Of a stretch of DNA of 64,000 nt, positions 47,001 to 60,242 are shown piece by piece. The notes below the pieces were generated by a model. The model did not search any database, was not told the DNA's origin, and worked only from the letters and a program-made list of their open reading frames with translations. The stretch is from Mobula hypostoma. Lineage: Eukaryota. The DNA is taken from the NCBI RefSeq assembly GCF_963921235.1, contig NC_086109.1:1488001-1552000 (forward strand), given 5' to 3'. Position 1 is the first letter of the stretch; every line of letters begins with the position of its first letter. Position numbers and translations under genes: made by a program.

Positions 47001-50000
47001 AAGTGCACACGGACAAGACCAAGACGGGTGTGGAACCCGGTCTGCTGGGGGCGTGTGGCAGCAGCACGACCTTGCACTCCCCCACAGCGCTGTCTCTTCT
47101 GAATCACGTGCCTGTGAGGATATGTGGGGTCCTTTTCGTGCCTGGTCTCATGATTTGGTCTCCTGTATTGAGCTTTCCACATCGGCCATTTTCTATATCT
47201 GCTCTCTTTCTGGGGATAATGAGACATGTGGAACACTTGCCTTTATTAGGTGAGGCATTGAGTTCAAATGTCAGGGTGTTATGTTGCAACTTTTAAAAAC
47301 TCTGGTAAGGCCATGTCTGGAGAATTGCAAACAGTTCTGGGCACCCCATTACAGGAAGGATGTCGAGGCTTAGGAGAGGGTGCAGAAGAGGAAGGGGTGC
47401 CTCTGGATTAGAGGACAGTTCTATCACTAGAGGCTGGACAAACTTGCGTTGTTTTCTTTGGAGTGACGAAGCTGAGGGGAGATCTGATTGAGGGATATAA
47501 GACTGAGAGGCAAAGGTAGAATAGACAGAGTGTATCTGCTTCCCAGGGTTGAAATGTCGATTACCAGAGGGTGTGGGAGGGGTAAGGTTTTCACTCAGTG
47601 GTGGATGACTGGAATGTGCTGGTAGAGGCACATAAATTGGAGACTGTAGTCAGGCACGTGAACGTGAGGAAATGGAAGGATATGGACATCGGGTCAGCAG
47701 AGGGATTAGTTAAGTTTGCCATTTTACCTGTCCTAATTTATCTGGTTCAGCACCTCACTGTGGGCTGAAAGGCCTGTTCCTGTGCGTCTCTGGTCTCTGG
47801 TCTGTCCAGACAGCTCTGACTTTAACTTGCAAACAATTCTCATGCTGGGGAAGTGTTGAAACCTCTAAAGACCACCTTTATCTAATTGCAGTTCTTCTTG
47901 TGAAGCTGCAGTTCCATTTCGCCTGGATCCAGTCTGTTCCCCCACCCTTGAAACTGGTGCTCCAATCCACTGATTTTTACCGTTGGAGAGGTCTATGTCT
48001 TGTCTGTTCAGTTCGGTTCAGATCCTGCAACACCCTATGGGTTGTAGGGGTGCTTTCGCATGTCTCGGGCTAGTGAGTCCTGGTGGTGCTCACTGCTCTC
48101 CAGGCTGGACCACAACCAATATCCTCCAGCTCGGTGGCTTGCCCTGGTCTCAAACACATGGCCGTTGTAGTTCTTAGCGAGCTCATTCGCCCTGGCCAGT
48201 GACTTCGAGGTCCTTCGCCCAGTGATGCCATGTCAACACCACCCCCTCATGTCGGTTAACCCACCAGCTGAAGCCATGTGCCACTTGGAGGCAGACGTAA
48301 GAGATTTAGATGGATGGGGTGCAGTGATGTCCGTCCACCCTATGAGGTAGCGTGTGGCTGCCAGACGTCAAAGGACATCAGTACGGCCTCTGTCCAGAGC
48401 CCTCCACCCCCTACACCTCGGCAGTAGCTGCACTCTAATCCTTGCAATGCTATGATCGCCTGTTAGCTGGAAATTTTCTCTTGACGCTTTCCCCACCTGG
48501 CCTGGCTCATTCATTAGGGCCCTCAGAGTGAGAAACGGCCTTGGTAAGTTCAAACTGAGTGGAAGTAGTGTCTCAATAAATACCTGCTGATCCAGACTCT
48601 TCCTTCCCAGTGGGTGAAGTTGCTATCGGTACACCTGTTTTCTCTGCAGCTGTTGGGTGAGTTTAAAGAACTGGGGCAGTTTCTCACATCATGCATCCTG
48701 TGCCATGTGGGGATTTTAATTTTATTGAGATGTAGCGCGGAATATGGGCTTCCAGCCGTTTGAGTCATGCCGCCCAGCAACGATCACGGGACAATTTACA
48801 ATGACCGATTCACCCATGGGATGCTTCCCATCTTCTGGGCAAGCCCACATTCAGGACGAGTGCTCAGTTGTGGAAGCTGGCACGCCGAGCTTGAGTGACA
48901 GCTGATGTGACATCGGTACATTCCTGAGACTGGGAGTTCAGTGGCGAGCAGGGTTCTCAGGTGCTGATGCAGCAACTGAAAGCCATGCAGGTGGCGAGAG
49001 GCTGGATGACTGCCGGCCAGGACAGGGTGCGGTTTGTGTAAGTGGGTGGTCAGGACGGGCGCAGTGGGCCGAAGAGCCTGCTTATCATATATACTTGCAA
49101 CCGGTGTAAACAACGACCATAACCAATCTGGACAGTTTCCCTTCTCCCCTCTCCCTTCGGGCAGAGATATAAAAGCCTGAAACCACATACTAGCAGGCTC
49201 AGGGTGAGACGCAGGGATTACAATTCGTGCCGATGTTAGAGCTCTGCAGTGAGCAACAGGTGTGGGTTCTCTGACAGATGGTGACTGAGGAGCAGAAGGA
49301 GGTGGGAGGGAGACGTTGGGCAACAAGGGAAGACGTGGCAGCTCAGCTCACCTCCCCTCCTGTCCCTCCTTCCAGTGTCACCGGATCCTGTGGACAAGTA
49401 TCTGGAGCAGAGTTCTGTCACCTATCTTGTACCCCGAAGCCTGGCTGCTGAGGGAGCGACAGAGCACAACAAACCAGGTGGGAAGAAGCACAGGACAGGT
49501 ACACTCCAAGGGTAATGGGCCAGACACAGTGAATCTCCCCCCGGCACCGTCCCATCGCGCGCTCCCCCCCCGGCACCGTCCCGTCGCGTGCTCCCAGGAC
49601 ACCAGTCAGACACAGTGAAGCTCCCCCCGGCACCGTCCCGTTGCACATTACCCCCCCTGGCACTGTCCTGTCGCACGCTCCCCCCGACACTGGTCAGACA
49701 CAGCGAAGCTTCCCCCGGCACCGTCCCGTTGCACACTACCCGCCCCCGGCACCGTCCCATCGCGCGCTCCCCCCCGGCACCGTCCCGTTGCACACTACCC
49801 CCCCCCCGGCACTGTCCTGTCGCACGCTCCCCCTGACACTGGTCAGACACAGTGAAGCTTCCCCCGGCACCGTCCCGTTGCACATTACCCCCCCCGGCAC
49901 TGTCCTGTCGCACGCTCCCCCCGACACTGGTCAGACACAGCGAAGCTTCCCCCGGCACCGTCCCGTTGCACACTACCCGCCCCCGGCACCGTCCCATCGC

Positions 50001-53000
50001 GCGCTCCCCCCTGGCACTGTCCCGTTGCACACTACCCACCCCCCCCCCCCCCGGCACCGTCCCATCGCGCACTCCCCCCTGGCACCGTCCCGTTGCGTGC
50101 TCCCAGGACACCGGTCAGACACAGTGAAGCTTCCCCCGGCACCGTCCCGTTGCACACTACCCCCTCCCCACCCCGGCACCGTCCCATCGCGCGCTCCCCC
50201 CTGGCACCGTCCCATTGCGTGCTCCCAGGACACCGGTCAGACACAGTGAAGCTTCCCCCGGCACCGTCCCATTGCACACTACCCCCTCCCCACCCCGGCA
50301 CCGTCCCATCGCGCGCTCCCCCCTGGCACCGTCCCGTCACACACTACCCCTCCGGCACTGTCCCGTTGCGTGCTCCCAGGACACTGGTCAGACACAGTGA
50401 AGCTCCATCTCCATTCTCTCCTTATTTTCCCTTTAGGCCGTTTACTGTGTTGTGCCCCCGTGGCTCCTCACCCCCTACGACAGAGAGTGCACCGTGGCCG
50501 TGCTGTGGGGGGCCGGCGGGGAAAGCAGAAGATTGCTGTGCTGGACAGCAAGGAGAAGCAAACCTGCGGTGAGTTCTTTTGTTAGTTTCCCTGTGGCACC
50601 TCTGATCACCTCCCTCTGCCATCGCTCTCAGTGGTGCTCAGGAGCCCAGCAAATGAATTCCCCCCCCCCTCCCCCAACAGTGGGACAGCCTCCCACATTT
50701 CCACTGGCCACAGTACTTCTCACCAACTCGTGTCTCCTTCCCAGTGTTATCACTCCTTCACCCGGCCCTTCTCTCCTTTGACCCTCACCTCCCAGGATCA
50801 CTGTCTGCTTACTGTTACACCCCCACCCCTACGAGCCCTGTGCAGAACACAGCACAGTACCCACAGTATTGTGCCAGCCTGTGTTAACATACTCCACAAT
50901 AAATCTAACCCTTGCCTCCCGCATGGCCTATAACTCTCCATTTTAATGTATTAAATGTCCCTCTTCTGTCAGCCACAACCACCATCCCCAGCAGTGTATT
51001 CCAGCCACCCACCATTCTGTATAAAACCTGCCTCTGACATCTACCAATATCCTCTGGTACGACCATTGCTGTCCTGGAGAAGAAAGTGCTGACTGTTTAC
51101 TCTTATGCTTTCCACAATCTTACACACCTCTGTCATTTCCCCTCTTATCTTCCATTGCTCCACAAAGAAGCCCTAGCCAGCTGAGCCTATCAATAGACAA
51201 TAGGTGCAGGAGTAGGCCATTCGGCCCTTTGAGCCAGCACCGCCATTCACTGTGATCATGGCTGATCATCCACAATCAGTACCCCGTTCCTGCTTTATCC
51301 CCATATCCCTTCACTCCGCTATCTCTAAGAGCTCTATCTAACTCTTTTTTGAAAGAATCCAGAGAATTGGCCTCCACTGCCTTCTGAGGCAGAGCATTCC
51401 ACAGATCCACAACCCTCTGTGTGAAAAAGTTCTTCCTCAACTCCGTTCTAAGTTGTCTACGCCTTATTCTTAAACTGTGGCCTCTGGTTCTGGACTCCCC
51501 CAACATTGGGAACATGTTTCCTGCCTCCATCCTCATAAGACATGCTCTCTAATCCAAGCAGCATCTTGGTATATCTCCTCTGCACCCTCAAGCCAGCAAT
51601 CAGTACAATACTCTGGTGTAACCAGTTTTGTGGAGCTGTAGCATTATGTCCCGGCCAGCACACCATCGGTCGCCATAAACACCCTGTCAACTTGTGTGGC
51701 AACTTTGAAGGAGCCCATTCCTTCACACTGCTAACAACCTTGTATTCCACCTTCAAGTTCGCTTCACACTTTTCCGAATTGTAATCATCTGCTATTTCTC
51801 CACCCAACTCTGCATTCTGTCTATATGCTGTTGTAACCTACAGCCTTTTACACTATCCACAGTTGAGACATGCTGGAAGTCTTGAGCAGCCCCACACTAA
51901 GTGCTGGTAGAACTCGGTAGGTCAGGCAGTGTCTATGGAGGGAAATACAAGTGACTTTTCATCAGGACTGCAAAAGAAGGGGAAGGAAGCCAGAATAAAA
52001 TTGGGAATTCTCACCATGGACGTCCAGTCCCTGTATGCTTCTATCCCTTATCAGGAAGGCCTCAGGCTCCCCCCTGCTTTCTTGACAACAGACTCAACCA
52101 TTTCCCCTCCACCATCACACTCCTCCATCTGTTGGAACTGATACTTAATTCTCAACAATGTCTCTTTCGGCTCCTCCAACTTCCTCCAAACCCAACGTGC
52201 AGCCATGACTACTCTTGTAGGCCCCCAGATATGCCTGATTTTCCATCGGCTATGTGTCTCAAGCCTACAGTAGTAATTCTCCACAACTCTTTCTGCGCTA
52301 CTTTAATGACTGTATTGTTGCTGTATGAACCCTGGGTGCCCTCCCAAGACTATGGTCAACAGCTCCTAGAAGACAGCGCCGCGGCTAATGTAGATGAACT
52401 GAACACACTGATGAGGGAGAAGTGCAGAGTCCGTCATCGTGCCCGACGCTGGCCCCCTAGGCCTGAGTCGACATAGTAGTAGTATTGTTGCTGCTTCATG
52501 CCCCCATACTGAACTCATCAATTTCATCAACTTTGTCTCTACGCTGCCTTCAAATTTACTTGGTCTATCTCTGATGCCTCTCTCCCCTTCCTTGATCTCT
52601 GGAGACAGACTATCTACGACCGTCTTTTACAAACCCACTGACTCTCAGAGCTATGTACCCTGAGTATACCTCTTCCTGCACTGTCTCTTATAAAAATGCT
52701 GTTCCCTTCTCACCGTTTCTCCACCTCTGCTGGACTTATTCTCAGGATGAGGCTTTCCATTCCTAGATATGAGATGTCCTCCTTCAGAGAACGGGAATCC
52801 TCTTCCTCTACCATTGGTGCTGGCCTCACAACGTTCTGCACAATCTCCGAAGTATCCCACCACTAGGCACGTCTTTCCCCTGCCCCTCATTTCTGCAGGG
52901 ATCACTCTCTCCCTTGCTCACTCGTACCTCACCACTGATCTCCCTCCTGGCACTATCACTGCAAGTGGGACAAGTGCTACACCTGTCCCTTCACCTCCTC

Positions 53001-56000
53001 CCTCACCACCATTCAGAGCCCCAAGCAGTCCTTCAGGTGAAGCGACATTTCACTTCTGAGTCTTGTCAATGTCATTTATTGCATCTGGTGTTGCATTATT
53101 GAGTCCTGATGGAGTTTGGGGGAGTGGGCAACTTTATTGAGCATATTTGCTCTGTCCATTGCAACAGCTGGAATCTGCTGGTGGCCACCCATTTTAGTTC
53201 CACTTCCCATTCCCACACTAAAACCTGATGAGGCCAAACTCAGGACGTCTTGGTAGTCTCCAACCTGATTCCGGTAATCATTCCCCTCTCACCTCACTAC
53301 AGGAAGGATGTGGATACTACAGAGTGCAGAGGAGATTTACAAGGGTATTGCCTGGATTGGAGGGTGTACCTTATGAGAATAGGTTGAGTGTACTTAGCTT
53401 TTTCTCCTGGAGCAGTTAAGGATGAGAGGTGACCTGATAGAGGTGTATAGGATGATGACAGGTGTTGATCATGTGGATAGCCAGAGGCTTTTTCCCAGGG
53501 CTGAAATGGCTAACGCAAGGGAGCATAGTTTTAGGGTGCTTGGAAATGAGTACCAAGGGGATGTCGAGGGTAAATTTTTCCACACAGAGTGGTGGGTGAG
53601 CAGCGGTGGTGGAATCAGATACAATAGGGTCTTTTAAGAGCCTCTTAGATAGGTACATGGAGCTTAGAAAAATAGAGGGCTATGGGCTAGGGAAATTCTA
53701 GGCAGTTTCTAGAGTAGGTTACATGGTCGGCACAACATTGTGGGCCAAAAGTCCCGTAATGTGCTGTAGATTTCTATGTTCTGTGTTCTCTTTTACTGCC
53801 CACCCCAGTGTTCTCTCATTCGGTAGCCACGTCATACCTTCCCTTACTCTGCCTCGCCCTTACCACCTGGACCAAGACCCACCTGTCACCTGCTGCGTTG
53901 CACTCCTCCCATACTCTCATTTGGGCTTCTTTCCCTTCCTTTCTAGTCCTGATGAAGGGTCTTGGCTTAAAATATACACTGTTTATTACTCTCAGATGCT
54001 GCCTGACCTGAGTTTCTCCATCATTTTGTATATGTTACCACTATCCACAACACCAGCATCCTTTGTTTACATGCAAACTAACCAACCCCTCGGCTTCTTC
54101 ATCAAAGTCAATTGTAAACTTCACAAGAAAGAGGTCCCAGAAGAGCTGCCTGCAGAACGCCACTACTCACCAACCTCCAGACAGAATACACTGCCTTTTG
54201 GATCACAAGATATAGGAGCAGAATTGGGCCATTCAGTTCATCGAGTCTGCTGCATTCCATCATGGCTGATCCCGGATCTCAGTCAACCCATGCACCTGTG
54301 TTCTCGCCATATCCTTTGATGCCCTGACCGGTCCGGAAACTATCAACTTCCGCTTAAAGCGTACCTACGGACTTGGCCTCCACTGCAATCTGTGGCAGAA
54401 CATTCGACAGATTCACTACTGTCTGGCTAAAAAAAAATTCCTGCTTTCTTCTGTTCTGAAAAGTCACCCCTCAATTTTGAAGCTGTGCCCTCTAGTTGTG
54501 GATACCCCAACCATAGGAAACATCCTTTCCACATCTACCCTATCTAGTCCTTTCAATATTCAGTAGGTTTCATAGAGATTTCCGGCCCCCATCCCCCACA
54601 GCATTTTCTAAATTTCAGTGTGTACAGGCCCAAAACTACCAAATGCTCCTCATGTGTTAACCCCCTTAATTTCTGGAATCATCCTCATGAACCTCCTTTG
54701 GACTCTCTCCAATGACAACACATCCTTTCTGGAATATGGGGTCCAAAACTGTTGACAATACTCCAAGTGCAGCCTGACTGGTATCTTATAAAGGCTCAGC
54801 ATCATCTTCTTGCTTTTATATTCTATTCCACTTGAAATAAATACCAACATTGTAATTGCCTTCTTTATCACAGACTCAGCCTGTAAATTAGCCATCTGGG
54901 GGTCTTGCACGATGACTCCCAAGGCTCTCTGCACCTCTGTTTGAATTTTCTCCCCATTTATATAATAGTCACAACTATTATTCCTTTTACTGAAATGTAT
55001 TATCATATATTTCCCAACACTGTAATCCTTCTGTCACTATTTTGCCCATTCTTCCAATTTGTCTAAGTCATACTGCAATTGCCACAAAGCCATCAATTCC
55101 ATTATCTGAATCATTGACAAACAATGTGAAAAGTAGTGGTTCCAATGCTGACCCCTGAGGAACACCACTGGTCACTAGCAGCCAACCAGAAAAGGCCCCC
55201 TTTATTCCCACTTGGCTACCTCCTGTCTGTCAGCCATTCCTCTACCCATGCCAGTAACACCATGTGATTTTGTCTTGTTAAGCAGCTTCATGTGGGGCAC
55301 CTTATCAAATGCTTTCTGAAAATCTAAGTCAATGACATTCACTGCCTCTCCTTTGTCCATCTTGCTTGTTACTTCCCCGAAGAGCTAACAGATTTGTCAG
55401 GTGAGACTTCCCTTCACAGAAAGCATGCTGAGTTTGATTTATCATTAGTCTCCAAGCACCCCAAAAACACACCCATAACAATAGACTCCAACACTTTCCC
55501 AACCACTGAGGCTCGGCTAACTGGCCTATAATTTCTTTTGCCTTCCTCCCTTAAAGAGTGGAGTGACATTTGCAATCTTCCAGTCATCCGAGACCATGCA
55601 AGTTATTCTTGAAGGATCATGACCAATGCACCCGTTACCTCTTCAGCAGCCTCTCTCATGACTCTGGGATGCAGTCCATCTGTCCAGGTGTCTTATCCAC
55701 CTTAAGACCTTTGCATTTGCCTAACACTTTTTCCTTTGGAAGAGCAATGGCACTCACTCCTGCTCCCTGATACTCACGGACCTCTAACATACTGCTAGTG
55801 TGAAGACAGATGCAAAGTACCTATTAAGTTCATCTGCCATTTCTTTGTCCCCCATTACTACCTCAGCAGCATCATTTTCTAGTGGTCCAATATCAACTCT
55901 CAACTCCCTTTTACTCTTTATATAAAAAAAACTGTAAAAAAAAAAAAAAATTAGTATCCTGCTTTATATTATTGGCTAGTTTGCCCTCATATTTCACCAT

Positions 56001-59000
56001 TTCTCTTGTAGCTTTTTTTCGTTGCCTTTTGTTGGATTTTAAAAGCGTCCCAGTCATCTAACTTCCCACTCACTTTTACTACCTTGCCCTTTCCTTGGCT
56101 TGTTTGCTGTTGTTAACTTCCCTTGTCAGCCGCAGTTGCCTAGTCCTGCATTTGACAACAGCTGCTTCTATGGGACATAATAGGTCCTGCTTTTTGTGAA
56201 CTATTCGCAGAAACTTCAACCACCTCTTCTCTGCCGTCATGCCTGCCAGTAACCACCTCCAAACCACCTGGGCAAAGTCCTCTTTCATGGCCCTGTAGTT
56301 TCCTTTATTCCACTCAGATACTGATGATCGTGTTTTGTGCCTCTCCCTCTCAGATGCAGTCCGTTGAGTCTACTGGGCCTTTCCATCATGCTGATTTATT
56401 ATCCCTCTCAACCCAATTCTCCTGACAACTCCCCGTAACCTTTGACACCCTGACTAATCGTGAACATATCAACCTCTGCTTTAAATGTACCCAGTGACGT
56501 ATCTCCAGCCACTTGTGGCAATGAATTCCAATGATTCACTACACTCTGGCTGAACAAATTCGTCCTCACCTCTGTTCTTGAGGGATGTTCTTGTGTTCTG
56601 ATGCTGTGCCCTCTGATCCTAGAGGCACTCGAACAGGAAATATTCTCCCCATATCCACTCTATCTAGACCTTTCAATATTTGATGCATTTCACCCATTGT
56701 TCTAAACTCCACTGAGTACAGGCCCAGAGCCATCAAACACTCCTCATATTTTAATTATTTCTTTCCCAGAATCATTCTTGTGAACCTGCTCTGGACCATC
56801 TACATTGCCAGCACATCTTTTCTTAGATAAGGGGGCCAAAACTGCTCACAATACTCCAAGTGCATGCTGACCAATACCTTGTTAAGCCTCAGCATGTACA
56901 GTGGCATGCAAAAGTTTGGGCACCCCTGGTCAAAATTTCTGTTACTGTGAATAGCTAGGTGAGTAAAAGATGAACTGATTTCTAAAAGGCGTAAATTAAA
57001 GATGACACATTTCTTTAATATTTTAAGCAAGAAAACTTCTTTATTTCCATCTTTTACAGTTTCAAAATAACAGAAAAGGGAAATGGCCTAAAGCAAAAGT
57101 TTGGGCACCCTGCATGGCAGTACTTAGTAACACCCCCTTTGGCAAGTAGCACAGCTTGTAAACGCTTTTTGAAGCCAGCTAAGAATCTTTCAATTCTTGT
57201 TTAGGGGATTTTCACCCATTCTTCCTTGCAAAAGGCTTCTAGTTCTGTGAGATTCTTGGGCTGTCTTGCATGCACTGCTCTTTTGAGGTCTATCCACAGA
57301 TTCTCGATGATGTTTAGGTCAGGGGACTGTGAGGGCCATGGCAAAACTTTCAGCTTGCACCTCTTGAGGTAGTCCATTGTGGATTTTGAGGTGTATTTAG
57401 GGTCATTATCCTGTTGTGGAAGCCATCCTCTTTTCACTTTCGGCTTTTTTACAGACTGTGTGGTGTTTGCTTCCAGAATTTGCTGGTATTTAATAGAATT
57501 CATTCTTCCCTCTACCAGTAAGTGTTCCCTGTGCCACTGGGTACAACACAAGCCCAAAGCATGATCGATCCACCCCGTGCTTAACAGTTGGAGAGGTATT
57601 CTTTTCATGAAATTCTGCACCCTTTTTTCTCCAAACATACCTTTGCTCATTGTGGCCAAAAAGTTCTATTTTAACTTCATCAGTCCACAGGACTTGTTTC
57701 CAGAATGCATCAGGCTTGTGTAGATGTTCCTTTGAACTTTTTGGCCTCTTAGCTGGCTACAAAAAGTGTTTACAAGCTGTGATACTTGCCAAACGGGTGT
57801 TACTAAGTACTGCTATGCAGGGTGCCCAAACTTTTGCTTCTGGCCATTTTCCTTTTTTGTTATTTTGAAACTGTAAAAGATGGAAATAAAAATTTTCTTG
57901 CTTAAAATATTAAAGAAATGTGTCATCTTTAACTGTATGCCTTTTGGAAACAGTTCATCTTTTACTCGTTTAGCTATTCACAGTAACAGAAATTTTGACC
58001 GGGGTGCCCAAACTTTTGCATGTCACTGTACATCCTTGCTTTTGTATTCTAGTCCTCTGCAAATGAAAGCTAACATTGCATTTGACTTCCTTGCCACCAA
58101 CTCACCTGCAAGGTGACCTTTAGTGAAACCTGCACAAAGACTCCCAAGTCCCATCGTACCTGTGATTTTTGAATTTTCTCCCCAATTAGAAAATGGTCTT
58201 TACCTTTAATCCTTCTACCAAAGTGCGTGACAGTACACTTTCCTCCACGATATTCCATCTGCTGCTACTTTGCTCATTCTCCCAGTCTGCTTGGGTCCTT
58301 CTGCAGTCTCCCTGGTTCCTCAATACTACCTGCCCCTCCACTTATCTTTGAATCGTCCACAAATTGGCCACAAAGCTATCAGTTTCATCAGCCAGATCAT
58401 TGCCAAGTAACATGAAAAGAAACAGTCCCAACACCTCTGTGGAAAAGAACTGGTCACTGGCAGGCAGCCAGAAACATACCCCCTCTAGCCCCACCCTTTG
58501 CCTCCTGTCAGACTCCAGCATCTTCCCAACCACCAAGTCAGGTTAACTAGCCTGTAATTTTCTTTCTTTTGCCTCCCTCCCTTAAAGAGTGAAGTGACAC
58601 TTGCAATTTTCCGATCCTCTAGAACTTTTCCAGAATCTCGCAGTTCTTGAAAGATTGCTACTAATGCTTCCACAGTCTCTTGATCTACCTCGGTCAGAAC
58701 CCTGGGCTGTAATCCATCTGGTCCAGGTGACTTATCTACCTCAGACCTTTCAGCTTCCTGAGCACCTTCTCCATAGTAATATCAACCACACTCACTCCTG
58801 CCCCCTGACATTCTCGAACTTCTAGTGATTAGGGATTAGTATCTGGGTGTTTTTGATTTGCTTTCTAGCTGGTTCAGCACAATATTGTGGGCCAAATGGC
58901 CTCTTCCTGTTTTGAGTTGTGTCAGGGTCTTTTTACCCTTGCAGTTTCTTAACTCTACTCACAAGGATTCTACATCTTTCAATCCTATGTCTCCTTTTTC

Positions 59001-59638
59001 TAAGGATATGATTTTTTTAAGCCAATAGAGCCATGCCACCCCATCTGCTGACCTGCCTGTCCTTTCAATAGTGTGTATTGATTTTAGTACGCGCTGTGCC
59101 TTCTGTGAGTGAGTCAGTTCTAATTCCACACAGCCAAATTTTCCCATGGACCCTCTTTGCTACCTCAACCCCACCCTTCTCCATGTAATCTGCCCTCTGC
59201 CTCCCCTCCCCTTCATCCCCCTTTCTGCCCCCTCCATTCATCCTGTGCTTTTTCTACTCAGACATCCGTCTGCGTGTGAGGGCCGAGTACTGTCAGCACC
59301 AGACGGCGCTGGAGGGCAATGTGTTCTCCAACAAACCTGGGCGGCTGGAGCGCCAGTTTGAGCGGTTTGCACAGGCCAACACCATCCTCAAGTCCCGGGA
59401 CCTAGGCTCCATCATTTGTGACATCAAGTTCTCCGAGCTTACATACCTGGATGCCTTCTGGAGGGACTACATCAATGGCTCACTGCTAGAAGCCTTGAAG
59501 GGCGTCTTCATCACCGACTCGCTCAAGCAGGCCGTGGGCCACGAGGCCATCAAGCTGCTGGTCAATGTGGACGAAGATGACTACACAGCGGGTCGGCAGC
59601 GGCTGCTGCGCAATCTCATGCTGCAGCACGGGCCCTGA
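43738..59638 (+). CDS. DEDD: Death effector domain-containing protein DEDD; gene span, 4 coding exons (318 aa with the distal exon-2 donor)
   Basis: N-terminal DED (HGLHSLHRMF...ITRHDLLPYVTLKRR) and conserved C-terminal region (DIRLRVRAEYCQH...AFWRDYINGSLLEALKGVF); phase-1 introns throughout. Confidence 0.96.
44543..44646. mobile_element. Partial fold-back terminal-repeat derivative with decayed hammerheads
   Basis: gacccttcatcag...cctaatgaagggtcttggcccaaaacgttgactg. Confidence 0.6.
44660..46870 (-). mobile_element. Nested CR1 RT fragments, including a young copy at about 45200-46298
   Basis: ORF 45337-46266 SGVPQGSVLGP...KFADD... Confidence 0.88.
46880..47090 (-). mobile_element. Probable SINE (related copies at about 18290-18520, 26900-27090, 31320-31520)
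   Basis: Recurrent tgtgggaggaaac(c/t)ggag.accc.g.ggaaacccac..g.tcac.gggaga core. Confidence 0.55.
49376..49498 (+). CDS. DEDD: DEDD coding exon 2 (alternative in-frame donor at 49477)
   Basis: VSPDPVDKYLEQSSVTYLVPR matches human VCPDLVDKYLEETSIRYVTPR; pyrimidine-rich ccag acceptor. Confidence 0.85.
49520..50406 (+). repeat. 58-bp satellite family, array 3, GC-shifted variant
   Basis: cagacacagtgaagct...cccccggcaccgtcccatcgcgcgctccc. Confidence 0.88.
50437..50568 (+). CDS. DEDD: DEDD coding exon 3
   Basis: GRLLCCAP...RGRAVGGRRGKQK...DSKEKQTC; tttag/gtgagt. Confidence 0.9.
51862..54038 (+). mobile_element. Degenerate Penelope-like retroelement with inverted terminal repeats, interrupted by a CR1 3' end (about 53295-53783)
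   Basis: RT motif LTMDVQSLYASIP; DRLSTTVFYKPTDS; GIY-YIG-like remnant near 53070; hammerhead remnants at about 51960 (-) and 53948 (+); 11-bp TSD cactatccaca at 51851 and 54039. Confidence 0.8.
54195..58825 (-). mobile_element. Tandem/nested CR1 copies, one carrying the Tc1 insertion
   Basis: LEYCQQFW.P, DLGV.VQ, ENYRLVNLT, CR1 tails. Confidence 0.8.
56899..58028 (-). mobile_element. Tc1 transposon, internally deleted, inserted at a TA within a CR1
   Basis: TIR cagtggcatgcaaaagtttgggcaccc with inner direct repeats; QQDNDPKY...WPSQSPDLNIIENLW. Confidence 0.93.
59262..59638 (+). CDS. DEDD: DEDD last coding exon
   Basis: DIRLRVRAEYCQHQTALEGNVFSNK...LLRNLMLQHGP*; 377 nt. Confidence 0.97.
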
Positions 59639-60242
59639 GGGTGCAGGGCAAAGGGCAGCTGTCCCCCACCACACCAGCTGAGGGAGGGTGGGGAGGGATT
59701 CAGAAGTCTCATTCCTCCCCCTTCCACTCTCTCTATCGACCACTTACTCTTTCACCTCTCCTCCCCTCCCCACCACCACCACCACAGCCCTCCTCATTCT
59801 TTCTCCAGTTCTCCTGCCCGCCCCAACTCCTTGGGCTCCCGGTTCTTGGTCTATCACCCACCCTCCCAGCCCTTCACTCTGCCGTACCCCAGGGACGTGC
59901 AGCCTGATTGCTCAGTGGCTCCCATCTGAGATGAGTTTGGAGTGCTGTACGGAGAGAGGAGCAGTGAGCTCTGAACGGCGGGAGAAGGCGGCCATCCTGC
60001 CATGTTGGCAGAGCGCAGTGAACACTGAAGGCAAACTGGCACATGAGAACGGACATGTACTGCTCAGCTGAGAGTCTGGCTCCCTCCACCCTCACATGCT
60101 CGCCGCACTGTGGTCACTTGCTCAACTTGATTGTGGTATTAAGGAAATAATCAGAGCTGTGAACTGTTCTGCCTTGTGAAAATCTCTTCCGTTCTCCTTG
60201 TGGTCTGTATAGGCAAAGGACAGAAGAAGGAATAACAGCCTC

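Noticed and set aside
49525-50400. CACAGTG heptamers resembling V(D)J recombination signals
   Set aside because: Part of the satellite unit; no ACAAAAACC nonamer at 12/23 spacing.
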